A DNA stretch of 37,949 nt from a virus (IMGVR_UViG_3300040733_000124:1-37949), one strand, 5' to 3'; counted from the stretch's first letter, positions 1-10,232 are shown. The notes: generated from the letters alone by a model not told the origin. Translations and numbers: made by a program.

Positions 1-738
1 CTAGCTCGATGAGCCGTTCACAATTTTAACTGCATCAATCCAGCAATTTGCATATATCGTATCATTCTTGCCTATATAAATATCTCCGCTGCCGGGGTCA
101 TAAATGGCCTGTCCTGAATTTTGCGCAGATACAGTATTTGGGGCAGCACTATCAACTGCTATTCCGAAGACATCGCCTGTTCTGGTGATTTCTATGAGAT
201 GAGTCGATGATCCTCCAACATAAGAGGACGTCAATAAGGGACTACTGTCCCATGGGTAACCGTAGCTGACGCCATCGCTGCTGGCTTTAAACCCTACCTT
301 TCCTAGACTACCATTCCAATATGCCATCCAGGATACGCCCGGACCAGAGATCAACCCCGCATTATTTGGACAACCTCCGGCACCATTTTCTTTTATATAA
401 AAACTGATCTTCCAATCGTTTGCTGCCAGATTAAAGTCAGCCGAATAAGGTGTACTGATATAACTGCTGCTACCATCGAGCTCGAGGGATGCTGTACCCT
501 CCGGATTCCAGCTGGTGTCAAGCTGAGCATTACCATAAGCAGTCCAGGTCTTGCCTGTCTCATCTGTAATTGTTGTCGATCCATTCGTGCCATTAAAATT
601 CAATTCAGTCGCTGTTATGGGTCCAGAGGCCGGCATATCTATGCCATTAATCTTTGCGATATTCTCCACGGATATCCCGTTGATCTTGGCAATACTGGCG
701 GCCGCTACCCCGTTTAATTTTGCGAGCGTTGTCGCCAT
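1..738 (-). CDS. LamG/concanavalin-A-like domain tail adhesin with N-terminal AKING triple repeat
   Basis: NFNGTNGSTTITDE, SLELDGSSSYIS, IYIG...CWIDAVKI pattern typical of phage LamG domains; last gene of tail module, start overlaps stop of upstream gene. Confidence 0.65.
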   Translation of the reverse strand: MATTLAKLNGVAAASIAKINGISVENIAKINGIDMPASGPITATELNFNGTNGSTTITDETGKTWTAYGNAQLDTSWNPEGTASLELDGSSSYISTPYSADFNLAANDWKISFYIKENGAGGCPNNAGLISGPGVSWMAYWNGSLGKVGFKASSDGVSYGYPWDSSPLLTSSYVGGSSTHLIEITRTGDVFGIAVDSAAPNTVSAQNSGQAIYDPGSGDIYIGKNDTIYANCWIDAVKIVNGSSS

Positions 739-2423
739 TATGCTACCTCGATCAAGGTGACATTCCCCAGGTTGAATTGAATGACGTTTTGCTCAAGCAC
801 TCGACCCAAGACTGCGATTTCATCCCCGGATGTTGACGGCTCGGTCAAGGTGATTCCTCCCGCGGTGGCCGGGTCCGCATACACGAGCTTCCCCTCGTCC
901 TGATTCGTGGTCATGCTCCAGCCATCATTGCGGGCGATACCTGTCCCGAAACCGTAGGAAAAAGATGATCCCGCCCCGGCGGCCGCCTTTATGGCGATCG
1001 CACAGGGGGCCTTCAGCTTGTCGGCTCCGTTTGCATCATATTTGAACCATTGCATGGTACCGCTCACGTTTTTCGGGTAAAGGTTATCCCACTGAGAAAA
1101 GGCCTCACCCGCGATCCCGCTCGTCACCGGACCCTGCCATGTGTCATCGTCGGGGCTTGAGCTGAACCATATCTGCGGACTCGGGGCGGAACTGGAAGCG
1201 GCGCCGGCGGTAAAGTCGTTTTCATCCTGGTCGTCAATCCAGCCGAGCAAAACAATGGCAAGCTCACCATCCGTGGAAGATCCCCGATAATAAATCTGAC
1301 TCGACGAATCGACTTTAATTCGCTTTTCGTCGGCGTCGGTCGCTCCGTTAGCTACCACGTACATGCATGTCATGCTCGTCGGGGCATAATCCGCGTCGGT
1401 TGTCGGACCGATGTTCATGTAAGAGGTTCCGCTAATTCCAACGCGCTGGCATATGGCGATTGCCGTCATATTCGGGGGGACTGGCATTGTTGCGAGGTTT
1501 CTTGATGTGTTCGGGATCGCCGCCAGGGTCCGGACGTTCACCTTTGTATTTAAGCTGAACTCCCGTCCGTTCCAGGCACCGTTAAGGATGTTCGCGCTCG
1601 AATCCGTCCTCAGCGATCTCACACGGCGGAAAAGCGTATACCCGGAAGGCATTGTCGGCGCGGTCTTGCTCAAGGAGATCAGGAGATCTTCATCATCGTC
1701 ATCCGGGTCGTCGGGATAGATGGCGTACACATAATAATCTGAGCTGGCCGCAACCGTCCCCGTGTCAAGGCCGCCCGCATTGTTCCCGGCCGCCCAGGTC
1801 GCATCAATCTGCTTCGTCATGGCAGACGGCAGGACTATCGTGGCCGCGTTCGTTGAGTCCCTGCAGAGTCCCGGCCCGATTGTGATATCGTGATCCGTGT
1901 CGGTCGCGTTCGACATCGCAAAGCCGACTACCCGGCCCGCGAGGTCGGTGCTCGCCGCGGCCGACAGGATAGCCCGAGCCGCCGCCGCCGTTGTGGTCTC
2001 CAGCAGGCTCGTGATGAAGGTCCCGAGAGAGAGCGCAATCGGACCGGAAAGAGATATGGTCCAGCTGGTCTCGGTTCCGCTCCCCATGACATTTGTCACG
2101 TTGACGACCATGGCCCCGGTGCCGGACGTGTAGCTCGTCACCTGCCCATGCATCCAGTTTGCGGAGTCGTGAGCTATCATGACGCTCATGCCAACCTGAA
2201 AAGACTTATCCGTATCAGCCGTGAAAGACTGAGACCCTGTGCCGATCGTCATGGAGGTCGTGCTCGAGGCCGTGGTGTCGTTCAGGTTCATGGCCGCCGC
2301 GGTTGCATTAAGCTCAGTCACGAAGGTCGTACAGAGCCATGATAGAAGGGCATCTGCCAATGTCGAAAAATTCGATGGATTCGCCCTTGACGGAGCCTCG
2401 GGAACTGGCAATGTTATTGACAT
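738..2423 (-). CDS. Tail fibre / tail tip protein with C-terminal DUF2190-like domain
   Basis: 561 aa, Thr/Ser/Gly/Ala-rich; N-terminal PSRANPSNFSTLAD anchor; C-terminal GKLVYAD..TAGGITLTEPSTSGD..VLG motif; position after tape measure. Confidence 0.65.
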   Translation of the reverse strand: MSITLPVPEAPSRANPSNFSTLADALLSWLCTTFVTELNATAAAMNLNDTTASSTTSMTIGTGSQSFTADTDKSFQVGMSVMIAHDSANWMHGQVTSYTSGTGAMVVNVTNVMGSGTETSWTISLSGPIALSLGTFITSLLETTTAAAARAILSAAASTDLAGRVVGFAMSNATDTDHDITIGPGLCRDSTNAATIVLPSAMTKQIDATWAAGNNAGGLDTGTVAASSDYYVYAIYPDDPDDDDEDLLISLSKTAPTMPSGYTLFRRVRSLRTDSSANILNGAWNGREFSLNTKVNVRTLAAIPNTSRNLATMPVPPNMTAIAICQRVGISGTSYMNIGPTTDADYAPTSMTCMYVVANGATDADEKRIKVDSSSQIYYRGSSTDGELAIVLLGWIDDQDENDFTAGAASSSAPSPQIWFSSSPDDDTWQGPVTSGIAGEAFSQWDNLYPKNVSGTMQWFKYDANGADKLKAPCAIAIKAAAGAGSSFSYGFGTGIARNDGWSMTTNQDEGKLVYADPATAGGITLTEPSTSGDEIAVLGRVLEQNVIQFNLGNVTLIEVA

Positions 2424-2432
2424 AATGTCCTC

Positions 2433-3602
2433 CTATGTAAGACCCATAATTTCGATACTAAAGATTGAATATCGCGGATAACTTAAAACGAGATTAAAAT
2501 CTTCACATATTCCATAAACGATTAGCGACGTGTAATACTCACTCGCGATCCAAACTATAGGTGTATCTATATAATATGCGAGCACATTCTCAACATCATC
2601 CACGGCACGGTAATCTACTTTGAAATCACATGACATTCTTTTTGCGAATCCTCGCTTGACAATACGATAGACTCCATAGGCGTCAGCCTCTTTTGTTGAA
2701 TAGCTATGGATTCCCGCTTGAGGGCTATACTGAGTTGTTCCGAGGTTTGTTTTCACACCCATGACAATCCCGCCGACCTTAGCTGTCCCGCCAGCCAAGG
2801 TGAACGTGATGTCAATGACCGTGTTGACATAGGGGAGGAGATCGAGCAAAACATAATCAGTTATTCGGAAATAGCTTGAAAAGAAGTAGGTGTACCAATC
2901 ATAGACTTCCGTCTCGCCACCCCCGATAATGAGGGTTCTGAGCATTTCTATTGTCTCGTTGTAGATTTCCCCGGCCACGGGATCGGTTGAGACCACCTGA
3001 ATCGAGGAAGCGTCGACGTTCAAAAAGGCGATAGCGTCTACCTGTTCGCCCGGGGTAATTGTATATGTGATCGTGTTCGGGTTGGTGGTTTGACTGCCCA
3101 CGGCCTCGTCAAAGACTTTCCATCTATTCGTTGCGCTGACTTCCGCCCATTTCGGCGTTGTCGCATTGACGTCCGTCGGCGGGTAATTGCCGGTATTGCT
3201 CCCTGCAAGCGATTCATAAATCATATGAACCTTGTCGGTCGGCGCCGTGAAAGTTGGGTTTGCAATGCCCTGATCGGCCAGTTTTTCCGGCGTACCCGTA
3301 ACGCCTATGACTTCACCGAGCACAAAGGTACCTGAACGCTCCCGCACGTAATACGTCAGGGAGGTTATTTTTGAGACTGCAACGCAGGTTTTCCCGCTTG
3401 CTTGACCTGTGATAATATCTCCAGTCGCCCAGTCCGTTGAAGGTGCGATGTCAAGGGTCAGAATCTCACACCCTGTCGCCACCATACAATAATCCCCGGC
3501 CGCATACGTCTTGGCCATCTCAAATTCATCGTAGTCGGTTTCCGCGACGTTCGAGGCCGTGAGCATTGCATCAGTGATTGTGATCGGTCTTATTATCTTC
3601 AC
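2433..3602 (-). CDS. Distal tail (Dit-like) / tail tip protein
   Basis: Directly after tape measure with ATGA coupling; MKIIRPITITDAML, W....ATNRWKVFD, YSTKE.DAYG motifs seen in siphophage post-TMP proteins. Confidence 0.6.
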   Translation of the reverse strand: MKIIRPITITDAMLTASNVAETDYDEFEMAKTYAAGDYCMVATGCEILTLDIAPSTDWATGDIITGQASGKTCVAVSKITSLTYYVRERSGTFVLGEVIGVTGTPEKLADQGIANPTFTAPTDKVHMIYESLAGSNTGNYPPTDVNATTPKWAEVSATNRWKVFDEAVGSQTTNPNTITYTITPGEQVDAIAFLNVDASSIQVVSTDPVAGEIYNETIEMLRTLIIGGGETEVYDWYTYFFSSYFRITDYVLLDLLPYVNTVIDITFTLAGGTAKVGGIVMGVKTNLGTTQYSPQAGIHSYSTKEADAYGVYRIVKRGFAKRMSCDFKVDYRAVDDVENVLAYYIDTPIVWIASEYYTSLIVYGICEDFNLVLSYPRYSIFSIEIMGLT

Positions 3603-6600
3603 GAGGTCCTCATAAGCAGGCCTTCGGTTTTCATTTCTAACTCAAACAACTCAAGGATTCGGGAGAATTTCAAGTTGTACTTGGCAGTCGATAAATTGCC
3701 GATCTCAATAACTTCCCGCAGTGCCTTTATCTCCGCCAGCAGTTCTGGATTGTCAGCTCCGATAACCGTCGCTGGATACCCATTCCTGGGGCTTACAACC
3801 AGTTCCGTGCCGTGGAGCTGCGCTAGGTAGCCGGATTCAGGCCCGGTCGAGATCCCGCCCTCGGCATACCCGCTGATCGCCCGGAGATAATCCAGCCTTG
3901 TCGCGTAACTTGATTCGCTCGTGGATGAAGCCAGGTCCTCAAGGTAGGAATAATACTGGTCAGCTGATTCGGCCAACTGCATCATAGCGACATAGGCAGC
4001 TTGCCCGGCAGTTGTCGTAAGATCAAGAGATTCAACAAGGGCCCGGTACTGACTTCGCGTGTCCGGCAACTCAAAGCCGTATGATTCCAAGGAACCAGTA
4101 AGGTCGGACCGCAGTTTCTCTTCCTTTTCCGCGTCCGTAAAGAACTTATCATAATAGGTTTCCATGGCGTCAGTGAGGTCCTCAAGGGATCCGGCGATGT
4201 CGATAAGGGCCTCGCTGAACGCGATCGCCTCTGTTGTCGTACCCTCAAATGCCGCGTTTGTCTTGTCCAGCCAGTATTCGATCACCGACTTGTCCTGGAG
4301 GATTCGGACAGCGGTTTCCAGTAAGCCCTCGTTGAGCTGCTGGTATTGTTTCAGAATGTCCCCGAATAGGGCTGAAACTGCAGTATCGCCAATGGTGGAG
4401 ATAGCAGAGGAAATAGCCTCGCTGATTTCGTCCGTTGTCATGTCTTTGAGATTCAAGGTAAATCCGGAGAAGGTGTAATTCAGGGTTTCCTGCATGTCGG
4501 CGCCGAGACCAGCTGCAATCGACACTAGAGTCTCACCAAGATTTTTATAAACGAGCGTGAACATGGCCGTCGTGTCCCCGCTCATGGCCTCGTAATAGGT
4601 TTGATATGATGTTTTGTCCTTACCGAACAATCCGCCGGATGTCGTTTTCTTGACCGTATTGTAATATTCCCCGTATACGCTGGCGCCGGCGATTAAATCG
4701 GCTATGGATTTTCCGTATATACTGATACCTGACTCAGTTAATTCATATGATGTTTTTCCACCAAATAGCGAGCTGGCGATGCCACCAAAGAAACTACCCA
4801 GTGAACTGCTCAAGCCTCCCCACAGCTTCTCGTAAAAACTCGCTATTCCGGTATAGCTGCTCTCGGATAAGGACACAAATTGAGATACCCCACCATATTG
4901 AACGATGCTGGTCACGAGTCCCGTTATATTGTCGTTCAGGTCCTTCATTTCCTCGTAGATTCCGGACAGCTCCCGATATTCCATGTCGTAAGTATCCTGG
5001 AGCATTTCGAGAGAGTTATTTACAGATTGACTCCCTTCTGTCGATCCCAAGGCTGTTGAGTTCGACGTAGTCGTTGAATATGATGTGGGGGAGGAAGTTC
5101 CTCCGTTTACGGATTCATCTATAGTGGCAAGAAGAGAGATCATGGCAGCCGTCATTGCGCTTATCCGATAAAATGCTGTATAGGGATCGCCGAGGCCCTG
5201 GTTTGCTATGGTTGCCACGGCATTGGCAACCGCAACGCCTTTCTGTGCAGACTCCATGGTGTTTGCGGCAGCTGTCCAACGATTGGCCTCCGACGATCCC
5301 TGTGCATATATGTCGGCCAGATCTTCAAAGGAATTTCTGAGTTCTCCGAATCCCGCCGCGAGGTAATCAGTTTTCTTTTTATAAAGCTCCGTCTCGAGCT
5401 TCCCTTTTTCATCGGCCGCCCATTTTGCCGCGGCGACATCATCGTCATACAGAGCGGCCCGGCGCTTTTCTTCCTTGTCGATCCAGTTAAATATATTCTG
5501 CCGGTAGGCATCCTCGTAACCGTTAATCGTAGAATAAAAATCGGCCAGTTCGCTGGACATGCCCCAATATTCCTCGATCAGGGCATTTACATCGATTTCA
5601 TTTCTTTGATCCGGTGATAGTTTGGTTCCGGTCATTTTTTCATATTGAGATATCTTATCCCAAAGGTCGGCACTGATTTCCGATCTCCTGCCGCCCTGGG
5701 TCCGCCAGTATTCAGTAAGGTCGTCGGCCTGCTTTTTCTCCCATGTCACATAACTGGACATGGCCTGCTTCTGGAACTCGATGGATTCGACAGCCCTTTC
5801 TGCCCTGACATCCTCATATTTCTGCCACTGTTTTGAATAATCGGAATAAAGTGTCTCAAGTTCTGAATTTTTTGTTTTTTCATCATGGACATATTTATCA
5901 ATCGCCGCGGCCGTTCCTTCGTACCACTTATTGAGCGCCGTCTCTTTCCTGTTGATGATTTCGCCATAAAAATTCAGCTCGTTTTCATAATTGAGCTGGC
6001 GCATTTTCTTTTCATGATCGGCGGATTCAACTTCCGATTCATAGATTTTCTTATTTAATTCTTTGACTGAGCTCAGAATTTTCGAGGATTCTTCGGCGAG
6101 TGATTTTGTTTTTATAAAATCATTATTGGCCTTGATTAATTTCGCGGCCGTATCGCGCTCATCTTCCGCCCGTCTGAGGTTTATATCTTTTTGATATTCG
6201 AGGAGCTGATCCAGCTGCCTTTTATCCTGATCCGAAAAGGCAGATGGATTTTCAGTCTGTAGTTTCTGCAGGACTGCAATCTTTGATTCCGTTGCCTTGT
6301 CTATCCACTGCTGAGCAGTTTTGTCCTGATTTTCCTTCGAGGTAAAAGGCTGTGACAGTGATTTGATCAGTTTAGTTGAAATATCCAGGGCTTCTTTAAG
6401 GACAGGGACAACCTTTGATCCAAATGTTTCCTTGAATTCCCCCCAGCTATTCTCGAGCTGTTTGACCTTGCCGGCGTACGTGGTGACCTCGCGCTGGGCA
6501 ACATTGCCTACATGATCGGTTATTACCTTGAGAACCTGAGAGGCAGACATAGCGCCCTTTTCTGCACCCTTGAATGCGGGGATCAACATTCCGAGAGACC

Positions 6601-7132
6601 TAGAATTACCCTCCATTGCCTGGGTTACAGTCCTTGCTGCTTTATCGAGATCAATCCCGAACACGTCAGCGAGAGAAAGAGCGGCCTCCGTGGCAGGCTT
6701 AATTTGCGACGGCATGGTCCCCATGGCCGTCATTATCCGCATCATGGACAGGACAGCTTCGTCTGAATAGACAGTCGTCTCCTGGATCTGCGCCGCATAA
6801 TCGGCATACGTTTTTGTAATTTCCTTATTTTTGACACCGTGAGCTGCCAAAACTGCCGTTAATTTATGCTCTGCCAGTTCCTGCTCGCCATATGCATCAG
6901 CGGTGCTCTTTATAAAGGCTATGGAACCCAAAGACAGCACCGCCATGCTAGCTATCCCCGTTGCCATGAGGGAGTTCATATTCAGGAACTTTGATGCAAA
7001 TGAATCAAGATGAGAGCCAACCGATGAAAAATCTTTTTCCAGAGCTTTGATTCTGGACGAAAATGTATTGACCCCGGTTACTGCACCGGAAGCATCAGTT
7101 GTTATTTTTAGTTTGATTTCCCGTTCGGACAC
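3599..7132 (-). CDS. Tail tape measure protein
   Basis: 1177 aa helical protein after the chaperone pair; C-terminal YAEGG...G..AQLHGTELV motif. Confidence 0.9.
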   Translation of the reverse strand: MSEREIKLKITTDASGAVTGVNTFSSRIKALEKDFSSVGSHLDSFASKFLNMNSLMATGIASMAVLSLGSIAFIKSTADAYGEQELAEHKLTAVLAAHGVKNKEITKTYADYAAQIQETTVYSDEAVLSMMRIMTAMGTMPSQIKPATEAALSLADVFGIDLDKAARTVTQAMEGNSRSLGMLIPAFKGAEKGAMSASQVLKVITDHVGNVAQREVTTYAGKVKQLENSWGEFKETFGSKVVPVLKEALDISTKLIKSLSQPFTSKENQDKTAQQWIDKATESKIAVLQKLQTENPSAFSDQDKRQLDQLLEYQKDINLRRAEDERDTAAKLIKANNDFIKTKSLAEESSKILSSVKELNKKIYESEVESADHEKKMRQLNYENELNFYGEIINRKETALNKWYEGTAAAIDKYVHDEKTKNSELETLYSDYSKQWQKYEDVRAERAVESIEFQKQAMSSYVTWEKKQADDLTEYWRTQGGRRSEISADLWDKISQYEKMTGTKLSPDQRNEIDVNALIEEYWGMSSELADFYSTINGYEDAYRQNIFNWIDKEEKRRAALYDDDVAAAKWAADEKGKLETELYKKKTDYLAAGFGELRNSFEDLADIYAQGSSEANRWTAAANTMESAQKGVAVANAVATIANQGLGDPYTAFYRISAMTAAMISLLATIDESVNGGTSSPTSYSTTTSNSTALGSTEGSQSVNNSLEMLQDTYDMEYRELSGIYEEMKDLNDNITGLVTSIVQYGGVSQFVSLSESSYTGIASFYEKLWGGLSSSLGSFFGGIASSLFGGKTSYELTESGISIYGKSIADLIAGASVYGEYYNTVKKTTSGGLFGKDKTSYQTYYEAMSGDTTAMFTLVYKNLGETLVSIAAGLGADMQETLNYTFSGFTLNLKDMTTDEISEAISSAISTIGDTAVSALFGDILKQYQQLNEGLLETAVRILQDKSVIEYWLDKTNAAFEGTTTEAIAFSEALIDIAGSLEDLTDAMETYYDKFFTDAEKEEKLRSDLTGSLESYGFELPDTRSQYRALVESLDLTTTAGQAAYVAMMQLAESADQYYSYLEDLASSTSESSYATRLDYLRAISGYAEGGISTGPESGYLAQLHGTELVVSPRNGYPATVIGADNPELLAEIKALREVIEIGNLSTAKYNLKFSRILELFELEMKTEGLLMRTS

Positions 7133-7496
7133 GTTTCATCTCCTCACAGTTGCGGCATGCCCACTCGAAGTGATCTCCATAAAGAATTTTACACTCTTCT
7201 TTTTTGTGGGAATTACAGGACTCATCATCTGTTTTGCTTTTTTTATTGAGAATCCGAAGTCCTTCCCTTTCAAACACAGTAGCCTTATTATAGAAATTTA
7301 TGTCTCTAATTACCCCCAGGTCTTCGGCAATCATGATGATCGCCGTCATATCCAGACCGTAAGGGCCGCCAAAACTACAGCGCCACTGATTGCTTCCTAT
7401 GTGCAGTACCTCCCAGATCTTTTCGTTACCCGGGAGAATTCGTAGTCCCTCACCCCCTCCCATAAAATGGGCGCGGGTGAGGTCTATTAGTTTTTT
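7095..7496 (-). CDS. Tail assembly chaperone, frameshift (gpT-like) portion
   Basis: -1 frame opening at slippery site; PGNEKIWEV...QWR...GPYGLDMTAI resembles DUF1799-type gpT. Confidence 0.8.
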   Translation of the reverse strand, partial: KKLIDLTRAHFMGGGEGLRILPGNEKIWEVLHIGSNQWRCSFGGPYGLDMTAIIMIAEDLGVIRDINFYNKATVFEREGLRILNKKSKTDDESCNSHKKEECKILYGDHFEWACRNCEEMKRVRTGNQTKNNN

Positions 7497-7499
7497 CCC
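7448..7499 (-). promoter_or_regulatory. Programmed -1 ribosomal frameshift signal (slippery site + stem-loop)
   Basis: Minus strand GAG GGA AAA AAC TAA (7487-7501), followed by CCTCACCC...GGGTGAGG stem with inner CCCAT/ATGGG (7448-7482). Confidence 0.85.
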
Positions 7500-7894
7500 T
7501 CTTCCTCTTGTTCCGCCTTGCTTATTAACTCGATGCTTTGGGCTACTGCCCATATCCAATCCCGAAGCTGCGGATGATTCATTATCCGCTTTCTGCTTTC
7601 GAGATTGTTCGGGAGGGGATTGCCTTCATCATCGCCAACGCCTTCGAAATCCTGAATGACGTACATTGCAAGGGCGTCCTCAAGGCCCTCTTGTTCGATT
7701 TTTTCTACCGCAACCGTCTTCCGGGAGGCAGGATCGACCTCCATTTCAAGCTTGGTGAAAGGCTTACGTATTGCAGCCGCGGCTTCCCTTGTGAGTTTAC
7801 GGATCTGAAATTTGACGCCTTCACTGAATGTACTCCATATCCCTTCGGGCAGATTATTGATATCGAATCCCAGCTTCCCAATTTTTAACATCAT
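7487..7894 (-). CDS. Tail assembly chaperone (gpG-like)
   Basis: 135 aa acidic protein between tail tube and TMP ending in GKN-stop. Confidence 0.85.
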   Translation of the reverse strand: MMLKIGKLGFDINNLPEGIWSTFSEGVKFQIRKLTREAAAAIRKPFTKLEMEVDPASRKTVAVEKIEQEGLEDALAMYVIQDFEGVGDDEGNPLPNNLESRKRIMNHPQLRDWIWAVAQSIELISKAEQEEEGKN

Positions 7895-7978
7895 CTTCTC
7901 CTTTATAGGTTATTGTAGGGGGAACTTTCAGGGTCTCCCCCCGTAACCTCGATTTACATCAGGTATTCGTGTTTACGA

Positions 7979-9244
7979 TCAGGCCGCGTAGCTTGCGACC
8001 TGGTTCGCCACTTCGACCCTGACAGATCCGTAAGTGTCGTCCTGGAGAACGACCAGGTCTCCGGCTTCCGCCAGAACCTTCCCGCTCACGGAGATCGGGG
8101 CCTTCAACACGGCGCATTTCGGAAATACAACATCGACATAATAATTCTTGCCGCTGGAAAACTCCGCCCCTGTTGCCTTCATGTGGACGCCGAAATATTC
8201 ATTATCAAGCATGCGCTGCTGCAGGACGAAATCGCGGAACTGGCGGCTGAGCGAAAGTGTCTGCGTCCGGCCCTGGCGAAGCGCGTAATTCGCGTAACTG
8301 CCGGTCCCGCCGACGCGGTACTCGATTGCCAGATTGTTGGCAATTGAATGCTCGATACTCTCGATCTCAGAGGAAATCGTCTTGCCTCCCAGGAATGTCG
8401 TGCCGTTCCAGAGGCCGCCCACAACCACGACCAAGTCAGTTACGCGGAGCGGGGGTTCAGTCACTCGCGCCGGGAAGGTCGCCCAGGCCGGCTCGGTCGG
8501 AACATAGAGGACCTCAAATGTCGTCGATGTTTCGGTGCCGCCGGGAGCGGTTATGGTGATTACTGCCGGTGTGGCATCGGAAACTGCCGTAACCTCACAT
8601 TCCACATATTCTCCTGTTACAGGCACAAGGCACCGGACCTGATGGACGTTGTCGAGCCGAGTCGCCGCGTCTGCCCCCTGCACGGCAGCCGAAGCCAGGG
8701 TGAGTGAGGTCGCATTGTAGTTCGCCGTGACCTCCTCCGACGTGATGTTGTCGGTATATTTGCCGGTCCCTTTGCAATCGAGAGTGAGTTTTGCCCAGCT
8801 ATCCTTTGCGAACGTCGCCTTGAGGCTGTCGACGTGCATCGAGGCAAACCTTCTTTTCAGGATGGTCGAGCCCAGGCGCTGCGCGGCCGTGAAGCTCGGC
8901 AGGAAGATATCGTCGGTCGGGACGATAAGGTGCTTGTAACCGCTACCCCACGCCGAGACGCTCGGATCGCCGAGAGCGTACGCATAGCCAAACCCGAAAT
9001 GCTGGGCCTGGGCTTTTTCGAAAGGAAGCGACCCGTTCGCAAGGGCGCCCAGGTCGTAAACCGTGTCAGCCTCCTCTTTACCGGTCAGTTCGTCCTTGTT
9101 GTCCTCCCGGCGGGCCTCGAGCTGAAAGACGGTGCTTTTCGCAACCAGTAAAGAAGTGTCAAGCGTTTGCTCGGTGTTGATTGCCGTCTCTTTGGCCGTG
9201 GCGCTTACCGCGATCAGGTCATAATCCGCTAAATAATTTCTCAT
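7979..9244 (-). CDS. Major tail tube protein with inserted domain
   Basis: Position before chaperones; beta-rich, PSFT...F..M.VDSL and VVFPK motifs; 421 aa. Confidence 0.75.
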   Translation of the reverse strand: MRNYLADYDLIAVSATAKETAINTEQTLDTSLLVAKSTVFQLEARREDNKDELTGKEEADTVYDLGALANGSLPFEKAQAQHFGFGYAYALGDPSVSAWGSGYKHLIVPTDDIFLPSFTAAQRLGSTILKRRFASMHVDSLKATFAKDSWAKLTLDCKGTGKYTDNITSEEVTANYNATSLTLASAAVQGADAATRLDNVHQVRCLVPVTGEYVECEVTAVSDATPAVITITAPGGTETSTTFEVLYVPTEPAWATFPARVTEPPLRVTDLVVVVGGLWNGTTFLGGKTISSEIESIEHSIANNLAIEYRVGGTGSYANYALRQGRTQTLSLSRQFRDFVLQQRMLDNEYFGVHMKATGAEFSSGKNYYVDVVFPKCAVLKAPISVSGKVLAEAGDLVVLQDDTYGSVRVEVANQVASYAA

Positions 9245-9432
9245 TCGACTTCACCTCCTGTATTTTCTTCGTCCTGGTCGGCCACGGCCTCCACGACTTC
9301 GTCCACCTTTTCAAAGCGGATCTCCTCGGCCGGCGGGATCTCGGTGTATTCAACCCCGCGTTTGAATGACCGTCCCGCCAGGGGTCCGTCAACGATATCG
9401 ATATCCGGTTGACCTGCCTTTAATTTCCACAT
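9241..9432 (-). CDS. Small hypothetical tail-module protein
   Basis: AGGAGG RBS before ATG 9432; ATGA overlap with tail tube start. Confidence 0.6.
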   Translation of the reverse strand: MWKLKAGQPDIDIVDGPLAGRSFKRGVEYTEIPPAEEIRFEKVDEVVEAVADQDEENTGGEVE

Positions 9433-9443
9433 GGCATCCTCCT

Positions 9444-9878
9444 TTAAAAACTCCATTTGGTTTTGTCGTATTCAATGACAATCCGAATCTTGGCGATCCC
9501 GATTTTTTTGTCCTCATGGGAGCAATCGATCTCATCGGATACCGGCTGGGTATCGAGAGCATATCCGCCCCAGCGGTCATCCGTTCCGATCGCCTTGTAA
9601 ACGTCCTCGATCATTTTGCGCAGGTTCTTGGGTGTATCCTGGGCCCGGATCTCTATCTCGACATTAACCTTGTTTGTGTATTCCCCCATCGTGAATGATT
9701 CGATCGGATTCTCGCGATCTTTATAAACGACTCCCGGCAATTCACTTGCATCGAGATCCCGATCCAGCCATTCAAAAACATTGTTGCCGAGATTGGAACT
9801 GTAACCTGCTGTCGTCTTAATTGTCTTGAGCCTGGTCTCCACGGCCGCCATGATGGACTGTCTTATCGGGTCTGCCAT
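9444..9878 (-). CDS. Tail terminator (gpU-like)
   Basis: IRQSIMAAVETRL, ELPGV, DDRWGGYALD, IVIEY pattern; position. Confidence 0.75.
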   Translation of the reverse strand: MADPIRQSIMAAVETRLKTIKTTAGYSSNLGNNVFEWLDRDLDASELPGVVYKDRENPIESFTMGEYTNKVNVEIEIRAQDTPKNLRKMIEDVYKAIGTDDRWGGYALDTQPVSDEIDCSHEDKKIGIAKIRIVIEYDKTKWSF

Positions 9879-9883
9879 TTTTA

Positions 9884-10192
9884 TTACTCCAGGCTGAGCT
9901 CTATCTCGGACGTCCCGTCGTTTGTATTATGCGGGGGATCCTTGATTTTGTATGTGACACCGCCAATAACCATTGTCTCCCCGGGTTTAGCTGCAGATAC
10001 ATCAGCAGTCTTCGCCGTGCAGAAGTACCTGAATGATCCCACCCCGCTTTGCCCGTCGTACAATTTGTCGAAAATGACAGAGATTACTACTGCTGATCCG
10101 GCTGCCGGTGTATAAGTGCAGGATTCGGCAAAATCATCCGTATTGAAAAACACGGAATCGAGATCAGCAGCCATTTGAGTCTTGAGAGTCAT
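9884..10192 (-). CDS. Head closure / head-tail joining protein (gpFII-like)
   Basis: FFNTDDFAESCTYTP, GETMVIGGVTYKI, DGTSEIEL pattern. Confidence 0.75.
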   Translation of the reverse strand: MTLKTQMAADLDSVFFNTDDFAESCTYTPAAGSAVVISVIFDKLYDGQSGVGSFRYFCTAKTADVSAAKPGETMVIGGVTYKIKDPPHNTNDGTSEIELSLE

Positions 10193-10232
10193 TTACAATC
10201 CCTTTGCAGAGTGAAGATTTCATGCATCCACT

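Noticed and set aside
1-300. Diversity-generating retroelement target at adhesin C-terminus
   Set aside because: No reverse transcriptase or template repeat seen in the window; cannot be excluded beyond position 1
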